A DNA stretch of 64,000 nucleotides from Nitrospirota bacterium (lineage in GTDB: Bacteria > Nitrospinota_A > UBA7883 > JACRGQ01), in the NCBI GenBank assembly GCA_024275955.1, contig JAJRYD010000036.1:1-64000 (forward strand), written 5' to 3'. Numbering within the stretch: position 1 is the stretch's first letter; every line of letters starts with the position of its first letter. The notes beneath the pieces were generated by a model. That model made no database searches. It was given only the letters and a program-made list of their open reading frames with translations, and was not told where the DNA came from. The translations under genes and the position numbers were made by a program. Shown one piece after another: positions 27,857-36,341 of the stretch.

Positions 27857-29117
27857 TGAGTTTTGCTATCTCGTCTACCGTTTTGCCTAGCGACCCTTGG
27901 TTTTGGAGGATAGCTTTTCGGCCAGATTCGCCCATTTTTTTTCTAACGTTTTCATCAGAAAGAATGGTTGCAATAGCTGTTTCCAGCTCGCTACTATCGG
28001 CAAGCTGTAGCGCGCCGTCTGCCGTAATAAGGGTTGAGGAAATATCACGAAAATTGTGCATATACGGCCCAAAAAGCACCGGCAGTTCCCAGCTTGCCGG
28101 CTCTAGCGGGTTCTGTCCGCCGTGAGGGATGAAGCTTCCTCCCATTACCGCCAAATCGGCCCCCCCGTAAAGAGTGCCAAGCTCGCCTACGGTGTCGAGT
28201 ACCAGCACTTTATCTGGGCTTTCGCTTTTTGAGCGTTGCGCTGGAAGCAGGTCGAACTTGGTGCAGAGCATCGCTATCTCTCTTCCGCGCTCCGGGTGGC
28301 GGGGGGCTATGATGGTAAACAATCCGGGAAATTTCTTTTTTAAGCTGATAAATGTTTTTATAAAAAGCTCATCTTCCCCGAAATGAGTGCTGGCAAAAAT
28401 AATTACGCACGCACTCTCGGGCAGTTCGAACTTTTTTCTAATTTCATTTCTATTAGCTGTCGATACCTCCGGCAAAGGTATGTCGAACTTTATGCTTCCC
28501 GCTATTTCTATCGCTTCCTTTTTCGCGCCGAGAGAGGCTATTCTTTTCGCGTCGATTTCCGACTGCATCAAAAGCTTATCAATGCCGGATATCGCTGGCG
28601 AGAGGATGCTTTTTGCCTTAAGATATTTGTTGTAAGAGTTGTCCGATATCCTTCCGTTTATCAGCATGGTAGGGATATAGGCCTGTTTACAGTTTTTTAG
28701 GAAGTTCGGCCATATTTCCGTTTCCATAAAGATGAATTTTGACGGTTTAAAAAAGGCAAGCGCCGACTTGACGGCGAAAGGAAAATCATACGGATAAAAA
28801 AATAGGATTACTTTTTCGGTAAGTTTTTTCCGCGCCACTTCCATTCCTGTCATAGTGCTTACGGAAAAGATAATTTTTGTTTCTGTGTTTTCTGCCAAAA
28901 GCCTATCTACTAACGGAACCGCCGTATTGGTCTCGCCGACAGATACGGCATGAACCCATATCGCCCCGGGGGGAGGCTTTGGGATTGTGTATATGCCGAA
29001 CTTTTGCTTCAGGCTTTTGCAGGTTTCTTTGCCCCGTATTATCCGATAGACAAAATACGGCCATCCTACTAGGAGGATTAGGTACGAAGCTAGATTTAAA
29101 AAGAGCATCGCCCTCAC
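27846..29117 (-). CDS. waaA: 3-deoxy-D-manno-octulosonic acid (Kdo) transferase
   Basis: 423 aa with an N-terminal TM, then IWVHAVSVGE and other KdtA motifs. Confidence 0.85.
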   Translation of the reverse strand: MRAMLFLNLASYLILLVGWPYFVYRIIRGKETCKSLKQKFGIYTIPKPPPGAIWVHAVSVGETNTAVPLVDRLLAENTETKIIFSVSTMTGMEVARKKLTEKVILFFYPYDFPFAVKSALAFFKPSKFIFMETEIWPNFLKNCKQAYIPTMLINGRISDNSYNKYLKAKSILSPAISGIDKLLMQSEIDAKRIASLGAKKEAIEIAGSIKFDIPLPEVSTANRNEIRKKFELPESACVIIFASTHFGEDELFIKTFISLKKKFPGLFTIIAPRHPERGREIAMLCTKFDLLPAQRSKSESPDKVLVLDTVGELGTLYGGADLAVMGGSFIPHGGQNPLEPASWELPVLFGPYMHNFRDISSTLITADGALQLADSSELETAIATILSDENVRKKMGESGRKAILQNQGSLGKTVDEIAKLNAR

Positions 29118-29815
29118 TAGAAAGATTTCCCAGCCAGTTTTGTTATCCGGTTAAGCTCTGCTTCTAGTTCCATATTTTTTGCTTCCAGCTCATCTTTATC
29201 GGCTTTGCGCCCCACTGTTATTGTTTTTCCTACAGCCATGTTTATTTTCGAAAACGGAAGAGGGAAAATTGTCTTGTCCCAGCTGTTGGCCTCTTTTTTC
29301 CATTGTGCGTCGTATGCTACAGGTATTATAGGCGCCCCGGTCAGCCTTGCGACGTAAACGGAACCCATTTGCGCTTTTCGTGCGGGGCCTCTAGAGCCGT
29401 CGGCTACTAGTGCCGCGCTAAACCCAAGCTTTACTTTTTTCGCGATGGCGATAAGCGAGCCGCGCGGGTTCTCAAATGTTGAGCCTCTGGCGGTAGATAT
29501 ATTAAATATCTTTTGCACGCCGTTTAGAATATTGCCGTCGGCGCTTGGAGAGACAAGCACTACCCACTCTTTTCCCTGAGCGAAACCGCGCAGTATAAGT
29601 TTTAGCCATCTCCCGCGTGTCGCATACCGAGAGGTGATATAGACCATATCGCCATGCCACATCGGCATTACGCATGTCTGGTCCAAAAGTGCCGAATCGT
29701 CCCGTTCGCCGACGATTTTTACCCTAACGGTAAGCGCTATTATCATGAGATAGAGCGAGATTATAGGCGGGACTATGATTCCGGTAATAAACTGTCCAAA
29801 CTGTTTTTTATTCAC
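29117..29815 (-). CDS. DUF374-type lysophospholipid-acyltransferase-like protein, commonly paired with waaA
   Basis: 232 aa with an N-terminal TM. Family assignment is from memory of the DUF374 architecture and its kdtA adjacency. Confidence 0.55.
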   Translation of the reverse strand: MNKKQFGQFITGIIVPPIISLYLMIIALTVRVKIVGERDDSALLDQTCVMPMWHGDMVYITSRYATRGRWLKLILRGFAQGKEWVVLVSPSADGNILNGVQKIFNISTARGSTFENPRGSLIAIAKKVKLGFSAALVADGSRGPARKAQMGSVYVARLTGAPIIPVAYDAQWKKEANSWDKTIFPLPFSKINMAVGKTITVGRKADKDELEAKNMELEAELNRITKLAGKSF

Positions 29816-29824
29816 TGCCGAGCG

Positions 29825-30595
29825 TTATGTTTCCTTTTTTGTCGGGGGTAGAGCGTCGGCAATCTTTTTGAAAGGTTCAAAAAGATCCATCGGTATCGGG
29901 AAGATGGTGGTGCTGTTATTTTCTGCCGCTATCTCTTTAAGGGTTTGAAGGTACCTGAGCTGAAGCGATACCGGATGTTTGCCCATCATCTGCGCCGCTT
30001 CGAGAAGCTTTACCGAAGCTTGCAGTTCGCCCTCTGCGTTTATTATCTTTGCGCGTCTTTCACGCTCCGCTTCGGCCTGCTTTGCCATCGCCCGTTTCAT
30101 TTCGTCCGGCAGGTCGACATGCTTGATAGCTACCGATGTTACTTTTATTCCCCATGGATCTGTGTGTCTATCTAGAACTGCCTGAATAAGAGGGTTTATT
30201 TTTTCCTGCTCGGCCAGCAGTTCGTCCAGCTCCGATTTGCCGAGTATCTCCCGCAAGGTAGTTTGTGCCATCAGCGAAGTGTTGTAGTGATAACCCTCGA
30301 CTTTTATTATAGCTTTCTCGGCCTCCATCACCCGGTACATAACTACGGCGTTAACCGTAATGGAGACATTGTCTTTGGTTATTATATCTTGCGGTGGAAC
30401 ATCAAGAGCTACGATTCTTATGTCTACCCTGTCCATCGTTTGCAGAAACGGTATTACCAGCTTAATCCCTTCGGAATAGGTGGTGGTGTACTTGCCGAGA
30501 GTAAAAATAACTCCCCTCTCATACTGCTTTATAATTTTGACGGAACTGGCAATGAACATCAGAATTAATACTGACACACCGAATAATGAGAACAT
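29825..30595 (-). CDS. SPFH/Band-7 (stomatin/HflC-like) membrane protein
   Basis: N-terminal TM and the SPFH core ([12 protein letters not shown]...). Confidence 0.8.
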   Translation of the reverse strand: MFSLFGVSVLILMFIASSVKIIKQYERGVIFTLGKYTTTYSEGIKLVIPFLQTMDRVDIRIVALDVPPQDIITKDNVSITVNAVVMYRVMEAEKAIIKVEGYHYNTSLMAQTTLREILGKSELDELLAEQEKINPLIQAVLDRHTDPWGIKVTSVAIKHVDLPDEMKRAMAKQAEAERERRAKIINAEGELQASVKLLEAAQMMGKHPVSLQLRYLQTLKEIAAENNSTTIFPIPMDLFEPFKKIADALPPTKKET

Positions 30596-30640
30596 AGCGA
30601 ACCTCCAAATTCTTTAATTCGGCTACATCATATCCTATTT

Positions 30641-31306
30641 TCAGCTACGGCTCTCCATTAAAACGTGCAGAATACCTTTGCCGTCCTCGTTTATCTCGGT
30701 TATTTTAAATTTTTTACCGAAAATTGCCCTTATCTCTTTTTTTGAGGAAAAGCGGTCGTAATGATTTTTGTGCAGTACGAATCCTCTTCCATACTTTTTT
30801 CCGTCGCTATGCGTAAAGTTTTCGCCGAAGCATGAAAGCATATAGTACCCGCCGCGCGCCATCATGCGGGAGATAAAACCTAGGTAGGCGCCTGTATCGT
30901 TCCTTCTGATATGGTGAAAAACACCGTAATCTATTATCAGACCGAACCGACCCTCTTTAAAAGGGAACCTAAAGATATCTCCGTTTATGTAGAGCGGTTT
31001 TTTGCCCTTCCCCCGCTTCGCCGTTCTTAAAGCCCTCTTTTGGTATTCGATTCCTATTACCATAAAGCCTATGTTATGTATAAAAACCGAGTGTCGCCCA
31101 TCTCCGCACCCAAGATCCAGCGCGGTCTTGGTTTTGACGCGCCGCGCTACTTTTTTGGATTGCCTTATAACAAACGGGTCAGGCTTTCCGTCTATCGACC
31201 ATGGAGTATTTTGGGTATCGTATGCTTTCTCATAAAAACTGTTCTGCCTGTTGTAAAGCTTTTCCCCTGAAAGAGCGAATATCGGCTTTTGTTTCTTCAT
31301 GCGCAA
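30641..31306 (-). CDS. Class I SAM-dependent methyltransferase
   Basis: LDLGCGDGRH is the SAM-binding motif I. Confidence 0.75.
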   Translation of the reverse strand: MRMKKQKPIFALSGEKLYNRQNSFYEKAYDTQNTPWSIDGKPDPFVIRQSKKVARRVKTKTALDLGCGDGRHSVFIHNIGFMVIGIEYQKRALRTAKRGKGKKPLYINGDIFRFPFKEGRFGLIIDYGVFHHIRRNDTGAYLGFISRMMARGGYYMLSCFGENFTHSDGKKYGRGFVLHKNHYDRFSSKKEIRAIFGKKFKITEINEDGKGILHVLMESRS

Positions 31307-31479
31307 ATTAGCAGTTTAAATATTTTTTGATAAATTATCTCTGGCTGTTATTATAGCTTGTGTGAATCGTAAATGCTTTTTTAACTGGCTGGACGCGACA
31401 TCTGTTTTTCCAGCCGACACAGTTTGATTAGGCCTTTTTTGCCGGAAAGACCTGATTGATTTTTCTACTCTGAGTTGCT

Positions 31480-33084
31480 ATGAAAAACCTGAAGATTGAC
31501 GCTGTGATGACCGATAATGTGATTACGGCAAAACCTGCCGAGTCTCTTTGCGATGTTATTTCAAAAATGGCGCGAAATAGAGTCAGCTGTGTCGTCATAG
31601 CGGAAAATTCCACTCCTCTCGGCATACTCTCCGAGGCAGATGTAATCTTTCTTCTAAAAAGCGGAATAGACCAGAGTACGCCGGTCAAAGAGATTAAAAT
31701 AAGCCCTGTCGAGAAAATAGGTGCCGATCAGTCGATAGTAGACGCTGTGATTATGATGGAGAAAAAAGCTCTTGGGTCGGTGGTGGTTCTTGGTTCCAAA
31801 GCGGAGCTAAAGGGGATACTGACAATTACCGATATAGTGAAAAAAGTCGATGACATGGATTTTGTTTCGAGGCAGAAGGTTAAATATTCAATGTCGAAAA
31901 GCATTATTCTTGTGGGCGAGATGGACAGTGTCGGCGACTGCATAATGAAGATGGGCGAGATGAACATTGACAATGTAATTGTTACCGCCCAGAAAAAAGG
32001 TGTCGGCATATTTACAAGGCGTGACGCTATAAAAGCGGTAGGCAACTGCGCAGATTTCGAAAAAGGCACCTGCGGTTTAGATACCTCCGACCATCGCTGT
32101 ACCGCTTCTGATCCTGTTTATAAGTATATGACTACATCACTCATCACGATAAGCCCGGAGAGTTTTATCTTCGAGGCGTGCCAGCTTATGGTAGACAACA
32201 ATGTCAGGCGTGTAATTATCGTAAATTCCAAAGGTCATCCAAACGGTATTATCTCCCAAAAGGAGTTACTAAGGCGGCTCGACTCTAATTATTCGGAGCT
32301 TATGTCTTTGGCGGTAAGCGAGTCTGAAAACAAAACAAACAGCAGAGATGAGGGGGAGCTAAAGAATTTACGGGAAAAGGCAGGGGAGGCAGAGCGGATA
32401 AAGACGGCGTTTTTGAGCAGTGTTTCGCATGAGCTTCGCACGCCGCTTACCGCCATAATCGGGTTTGGAAAACTTATTCATGCTAAGAACGGTCTGCCTG
32501 AAGATGTTAAAAAGCAGAGCGGCGTTATAGTTAAGCAGGGGAAGAACCTGCTTTCGATGGTAAATAAAATGCTGGGAATAGCCGGTGCCGATAAAGAGTA
32601 TGGCGAAACCGTAGCGCAGGAACTGCTTGTTATCGATATTTTAGACGATGCCGTTTTTACCTGTTGCGAAGCGGTGAAATGCAAAAACCTGAAGGTAGAA
32701 ACCGGCATCGACCCAGCTTTGCCGAGAACTGTTATGGTAGACAGAGAGTCTCTCTTGCTCTCTCTTGAACAGCTTGTAGACAACGCGGTGAAGTTTTCTA
32801 ACGAAGGCGCAAAGCTTGCGGTATCGGCAAAGCTGGACGGCGATAAAATTCTTTTTGAAGTGAAAGATTTTGGGATAGGGATGGAGCGTGGCAACCTAGA
32901 GTCGGTATTCGAAAATTTCACTCAACTCGATGATTCTATATGCAGGGAGTATGGCGGAGCAGGTCTTGGTCTGCCGTTTGCCAAGGCTATGGTTATAGGG
33001 ATGGGCGGCACTATTTGGGGGGAGAGTAGTTTGGGGGAGGGAAGCTCTTTCTTTATTTCTATCCCTTTTTATAAAGCTGGCTAG
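31480..33084 (+). CDS. Sensor histidine kinase with four N-terminal CBS domains (HisKA plus HATPase_c)
   Basis: CBS pairs, then an H-box SHELRTPLTAI, then N, G1 and G2 boxes (GGAGLGL). Confidence 0.85.
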   Translation: MKNLKIDAVMTDNVITAKPAESLCDVISKMARNRVSCVVIAENSTPLGILSEADVIFLLKSGIDQSTPVKEIKISPVEKIGADQSIVDAVIMMEKKALGSVVVLGSKAELKGILTITDIVKKVDDMDFVSRQKVKYSMSKSIILVGEMDSVGDCIMKMGEMNIDNVIVTAQKKGVGIFTRRDAIKAVGNCADFEKGTCGLDTSDHRCTASDPVYKYMTTSLITISPESFIFEACQLMVDNNVRRVIIVNSKGHPNGIISQKELLRRLDSNYSELMSLAVSESENKTNSRDEGELKNLREKAGEAERIKTAFLSSVSHELRTPLTAIIGFGKLIHAKNGLPEDVKKQSGVIVKQGKNLLSMVNKMLGIAGADKEYGETVAQELLVIDILDDAVFTCCEAVKCKNLKVETGIDPALPRTVMVDRESLLLSLEQLVDNAVKFSNEGAKLAVSAKLDGDKILFEVKDFGIGMERGNLESVFENFTQLDDSICREYGGAGLGLPFAKAMVIGMGGTIWGESSLGEGSSFFISIPFYKAG

Positions 33085-33257
33085 GCTTTGGATAGTCTGT
33101 TAGTTCAAAAAAATCGCTTTTGCTAGCAAAGTTATCATTGCAAAGAATGCGCCAGTATTCCGCGGCAATCTATCATCGCTACCACGCTACGCTCACGGCA
33201 GGCTGTAGCGGCTCCTCGTGACGACATTAAAGCAGACTCATAATTCAAACTGAGGCA

Positions 33258-33875
33258 CTACATACTTTGCGTAGTTTTCTTTTCTGCCTCGAAGAGCTTT
33301 ACCATATCGAGGTATATATTGTATTCCCTCGTTATTCTAAACCCTGCTTCGCGGATGTTATCTGCCGTGCGTCTGTTTATGTTCGGCCCGAAAAGGTTTA
33401 CAAAAGGGTTCATCGCGTCCATCATAGCCCCCAATAGAAAATTAGAGACTCTTACATGCTCAAACATTAAAAGCCTGCCATCGTGCTTTAATACTCTATT
33501 AATCTCCTCTAAACCTTTCAGAGGGTCTGGAACCGAGCAGAAGGTGCAGGAAGTGACCACTGTGTCGAAAGTTTCGTCGGGGAACTCCATATTGGTTACA
33601 TCGGCTTCCTTTAAAATAATATCTCCTTTGTATTCTTTCGCCCTTTTCTTTGCCTTTTCCAGCATCATAGGCGAAAAATCTATGGCGGTTATCTCAAGCC
33701 CGCTGGGGAACTGTTTAAAGTCTTGGCCGGTACCTGCGGCAACCATCATAATTTTGCCTTTCGCTTTCGCGAAAAGGTGCCGTTTATAACTGCCGTACCT
33801 TGCCTCCTCGCCCCTCTCGCCAAAGTCAAAACATTTTGACGCGCTGTTCCATTTCTTTATGGCATCGGAGCTCAT
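33258..33875 (-). CDS. Class I SAM-dependent methyltransferase (UbiE/COQ5-like)
   Basis: VAAGTGQD motif I. 205 aa. Confidence 0.75.
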   Translation of the reverse strand: MSSDAIKKWNSASKCFDFGERGEEARYGSYKRHLFAKAKGKIMMVAAGTGQDFKQFPSGLEITAIDFSPMMLEKAKKRAKEYKGDIILKEADVTNMEFPDETFDTVVTSCTFCSVPDPLKGLEEINRVLKHDGRLLMFEHVRVSNFLLGAMMDAMNPFVNLFGPNINRRTADNIREAGFRITREYNIYLDMVKLFEAEKKTTQSM

Positions 33876-33955
33876 ACGCTTTTATCTTCCAGCAGGTCAA
33901 CTTCGCCGTGTAGCTGTCTGTCGTAAATATGCAGTGCGAGCTGGATGCCAAGCCC

Positions 33956-34261
33956 CTACAGAGCGCCGTAAACTGCCAGCGATGACAATGTTTTTCCATC
34001 GGCCATCCCAGCGCCCATGCCGATGGTCATTCCTGTTATCATGCCGAGCATTACAAGCTGAAGCCCGCCAAACATAGTGGAGAAAAGGAGTAGCATAGGG
34101 AATACTATAGCCATTCCAAGAATCATCCCTAGAAGCATCGCTGGGATCATAGGCCACCCGTCGGGAACGGTAAAGCCGGCAAAAACAGCGGCGACGGTAC
34201 CGTAGAGCAGGGCGACTATATAATCAAACATTCTTAGAAGAGCAGTGTTGTCTGGTTCCAT
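33956..34261 (-). CDS. Small glycine-zipper membrane protein (101 aa)
   Basis: Starts at the internal Met MEPDN of the track ORF. Three TM segments rich in GMxxGM repeats. The longer track ORF would overlap rnpB. Confidence 0.4.
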   Translation of the reverse strand: MEPDNTALLRMFDYIVALLYGTVAAVFAGFTVPDGWPMIPAMLLGMILGMAIVFPMLLLFSTMFGGLQLVMLGMITGMTIGMGAGMADGKTLSSLAVYGAL

Positions 34262-34295
34262 CTTCAAGATGATAAACCATTTAAGCGAATAAAAA

Positions 34296-34668
34296 AACGA
34301 AGGCGGACTATAAGCCGGATTCTGTACCCTCAATGGGGCGACGGTCATCCATCTAGCCGATCCGTTGCCGGAACGGTCAAGCAACCAACCCGAAGGTAAA
34401 AGGCGAGCAACCTTCATCCCGTTTAAGGGAAACACCTTCCTATTTGGTCTTGCACCGGGCAGGGTTTACCATGCGACCCGCGTCGCCGCAGGCCCGGTGA
34501 GCTCTTACCTCACCATTTCACCCTTACCTGACAAAAAGTCAGGCGGTATATTTTCTGTGGCACTTTCCCTAGGATTACTCCCGCTCCCCGTTAAGGAGTG
34601 CCGTACTCTGCGGTGTCCGGACTTTCCTCCAGACCTTTAAAAGGCCTGGCAACCGTCCGTCCGCCCTC
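34296..34668 (-). ncRNA. rnpB: RNase P RNA (bacterial type A)
   Basis: The minus strand carries GGAGGAAAGUCCGG..., AGGGUGAAAUGGUGAGGUAAGAGCUCACC, and the 3' ACAGAAUCCGGCUUA. P1 pairs ggcggac with gtccgcc, followed by a U-run. Confidence 0.9.
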
Positions 34669-34675
34669 AGTTTTT

Positions 34676-35392
34676 TTAAACTTTTTCTGTGGCAGGCGAA
34701 TAGAGGAACCTGGTGCATTGAGGACAGTGATGCACCTTTTCGCCCACTCGTATTTCCACCGCCATCTGCTTTCGCACAGTGGTATGACATTCTTCGCAGT
34801 AGCCTTCTTTAAGTTTCGAAATGGCGATGCCATCCCTTGCCGTGGCCAGTTTCTCATACTTGTCGAGGTAGCTTTTTTCCAGAAGTGAAACAGTCTCATT
34901 CCTGAATACTACTAGAGATTCCTTTTCAGCTTTTATCGTATCTATTTCCGCTTCTTTTTCCGCTTTTATGAGGGCGAACTCTTTTTCTTCTTTGGCTACC
35001 TTTTCCTTGTACTCGCCTTCGTCCTTCATGCTTTTCTCTAGGTTTTCCATAATTTCAAGCTGTTCGTCTTCCAGCTTTGAAATCGCCGTTTTCATGTTGT
35101 CGGTCTCTTTTATCGCGGCGGTATATTCTTGGTTGGTTTTTATCTCGTGGAGCTTCGCGTTCGCTTTGCGTATAGCTTCCTCTGTTGCCTCCACATCTTT
35201 TTCCTTTTGCTGTCTTAGCTTTCTGGCATCCTCCAGTTTCTTTTTGTACTCTTCGTACTCGGCCTTCGCCGTGTTTAAGCTTGCGGCAAAGTTTTCGATT
35301 TCAGATGGGAGCCTTTCCAACAGCTCGTCTATTTTGGCTATCTCCCTGTCAGTTCCCTGCAGGCTGACCATTAACTCAAGATTTTTATTCAC
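34676..35392 (-). CDS. COG1579/zf-RING_7 zinc-ribbon coiled-coil protein (partner of Nif3)
   Basis: Long coiled coil, then CEECHTTV...CPQC, which is a C4 zinc ribbon. The adjacency to the Nif3 gene is conserved. Confidence 0.75.
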   Translation of the reverse strand: MNKNLELMVSLQGTDREIAKIDELLERLPSEIENFAASLNTAKAEYEEYKKKLEDARKLRQQKEKDVEATEEAIRKANAKLHEIKTNQEYTAAIKETDNMKTAISKLEDEQLEIMENLEKSMKDEGEYKEKVAKEEKEFALIKAEKEAEIDTIKAEKESLVVFRNETVSLLEKSYLDKYEKLATARDGIAISKLKEGYCEECHTTVRKQMAVEIRVGEKVHHCPQCTRFLYSPATEKV

Positions 35393-35401
35393 TTCAAATT
35401 C

Positions 35402-36172
35402 CTATAAAGTGTGGAAGCTCTCCTCCACATCGAAACCGATGATACTAACCTGTTTTGGCCGTTTTGTCAGACTCTTTTTTAGGTGGGCAACAACCAGCGG
35501 TACCATAGGCCTCTCTGTGCCGCAATGGCCAGCGTCTATTATCGGCACGTCAAGTGCTATCGCTTCAATCCCATTATGGTGCCTAACATCGCCTGTTACA
35601 AGTAGTTGCGCTCCTTTTTTAACCGCTTCGGAAAGCAGGTCGGCGCCTGACCCTGTACAAAGCGCAATTTTCTTTACTTTTTTTGGTTTGCCGTAATGCC
35701 GTACAGAGCAAAGAGAAAGTTTTTTCCTAACGCTCAGGGCAAATGCTTTAGAACCGATAGCTTTCGGCAGTTCGCCGATTCTATATTTAATACCTGACGA
35801 GGTTACGCTCTTTAGTTTTTTAAGTCCTATCATTCCTCCGACGTAATGGTTCAAACCTTTTGGAGCCGAATCGAGGTTGGTATGCATCACAAAAACCGAA
35901 ATTCCGCTTTTCATCAGCCGTTTTATCAGCTTTCCTTTGGCCGATGCTGTATCTATTTTTTTTGTCGGCTCGAATATCGGCGGATGGTGGACGATTATGA
36001 GGTTTGCTTTAGACTTTTCGGCGAGGTCGATAACTTTTTGGGTAACGTCGAGAGCTACCACTATTCCTTTAATCTTTTCCGACGCGTCGCCGATTATCAG
36101 GCCGATGTTGTCCCATTCTGCCGCCAGACGTTTTGGGGCCAACTTTTCGCAAAGGCCGATTATCGACTTCAT
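35402..36172 (-). CDS. Nif3-family dinuclear metal-centre protein (GTP cyclohydrolase 1 type 2 homologue)
   Basis: MKSIIGLCEKLAPKRLAAEWDNIGL is the Nif3 N-terminus. Start taken at this Met rather than the upstream track start. Confidence 0.75.
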   Translation of the reverse strand: MKSIIGLCEKLAPKRLAAEWDNIGLIIGDASEKIKGIVVALDVTQKVIDLAEKSKANLIIVHHPPIFEPTKKIDTASAKGKLIKRLMKSGISVFVMHTNLDSAPKGLNHYVGGMIGLKKLKSVTSSGIKYRIGELPKAIGSKAFALSVRKKLSLCSVRHYGKPKKVKKIALCTGSGADLLSEAVKKGAQLLVTGDVRHHNGIEAIALDVPIIDAGHCGTERPMVPLVVAHLKKSLTKRPKQVSIIGFDVEESFHTL

Positions 36173-36341
36173 GCTAAAGAGTTTAACCGCTTTGGGGGGG
36201 TGTTGGAAGAGCATTAGATAGCTAAACCTGTCTTGGCAAGGGGGGTAGGGTGCTTTGGCCAAGCTTGTATCCGCTCTTGAGTAGACAGCATCGCTTTACT
36301 ATCTCTGCTCCGGCTCTCTACCGTGCTTGCCATGCGCTCTT

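Noticed and set aside
34365-35696. Multiple ORFs on both strands across 34365-34899 and the 242-aa plus-strand ORF 34968..35696
   Set aside because: The first group overlaps the RNase P RNA. The second is antisense to the COG1579 coiled-coil gene, and its Ser/Phe-rich translation is typical of antisense coiled-coil frames.
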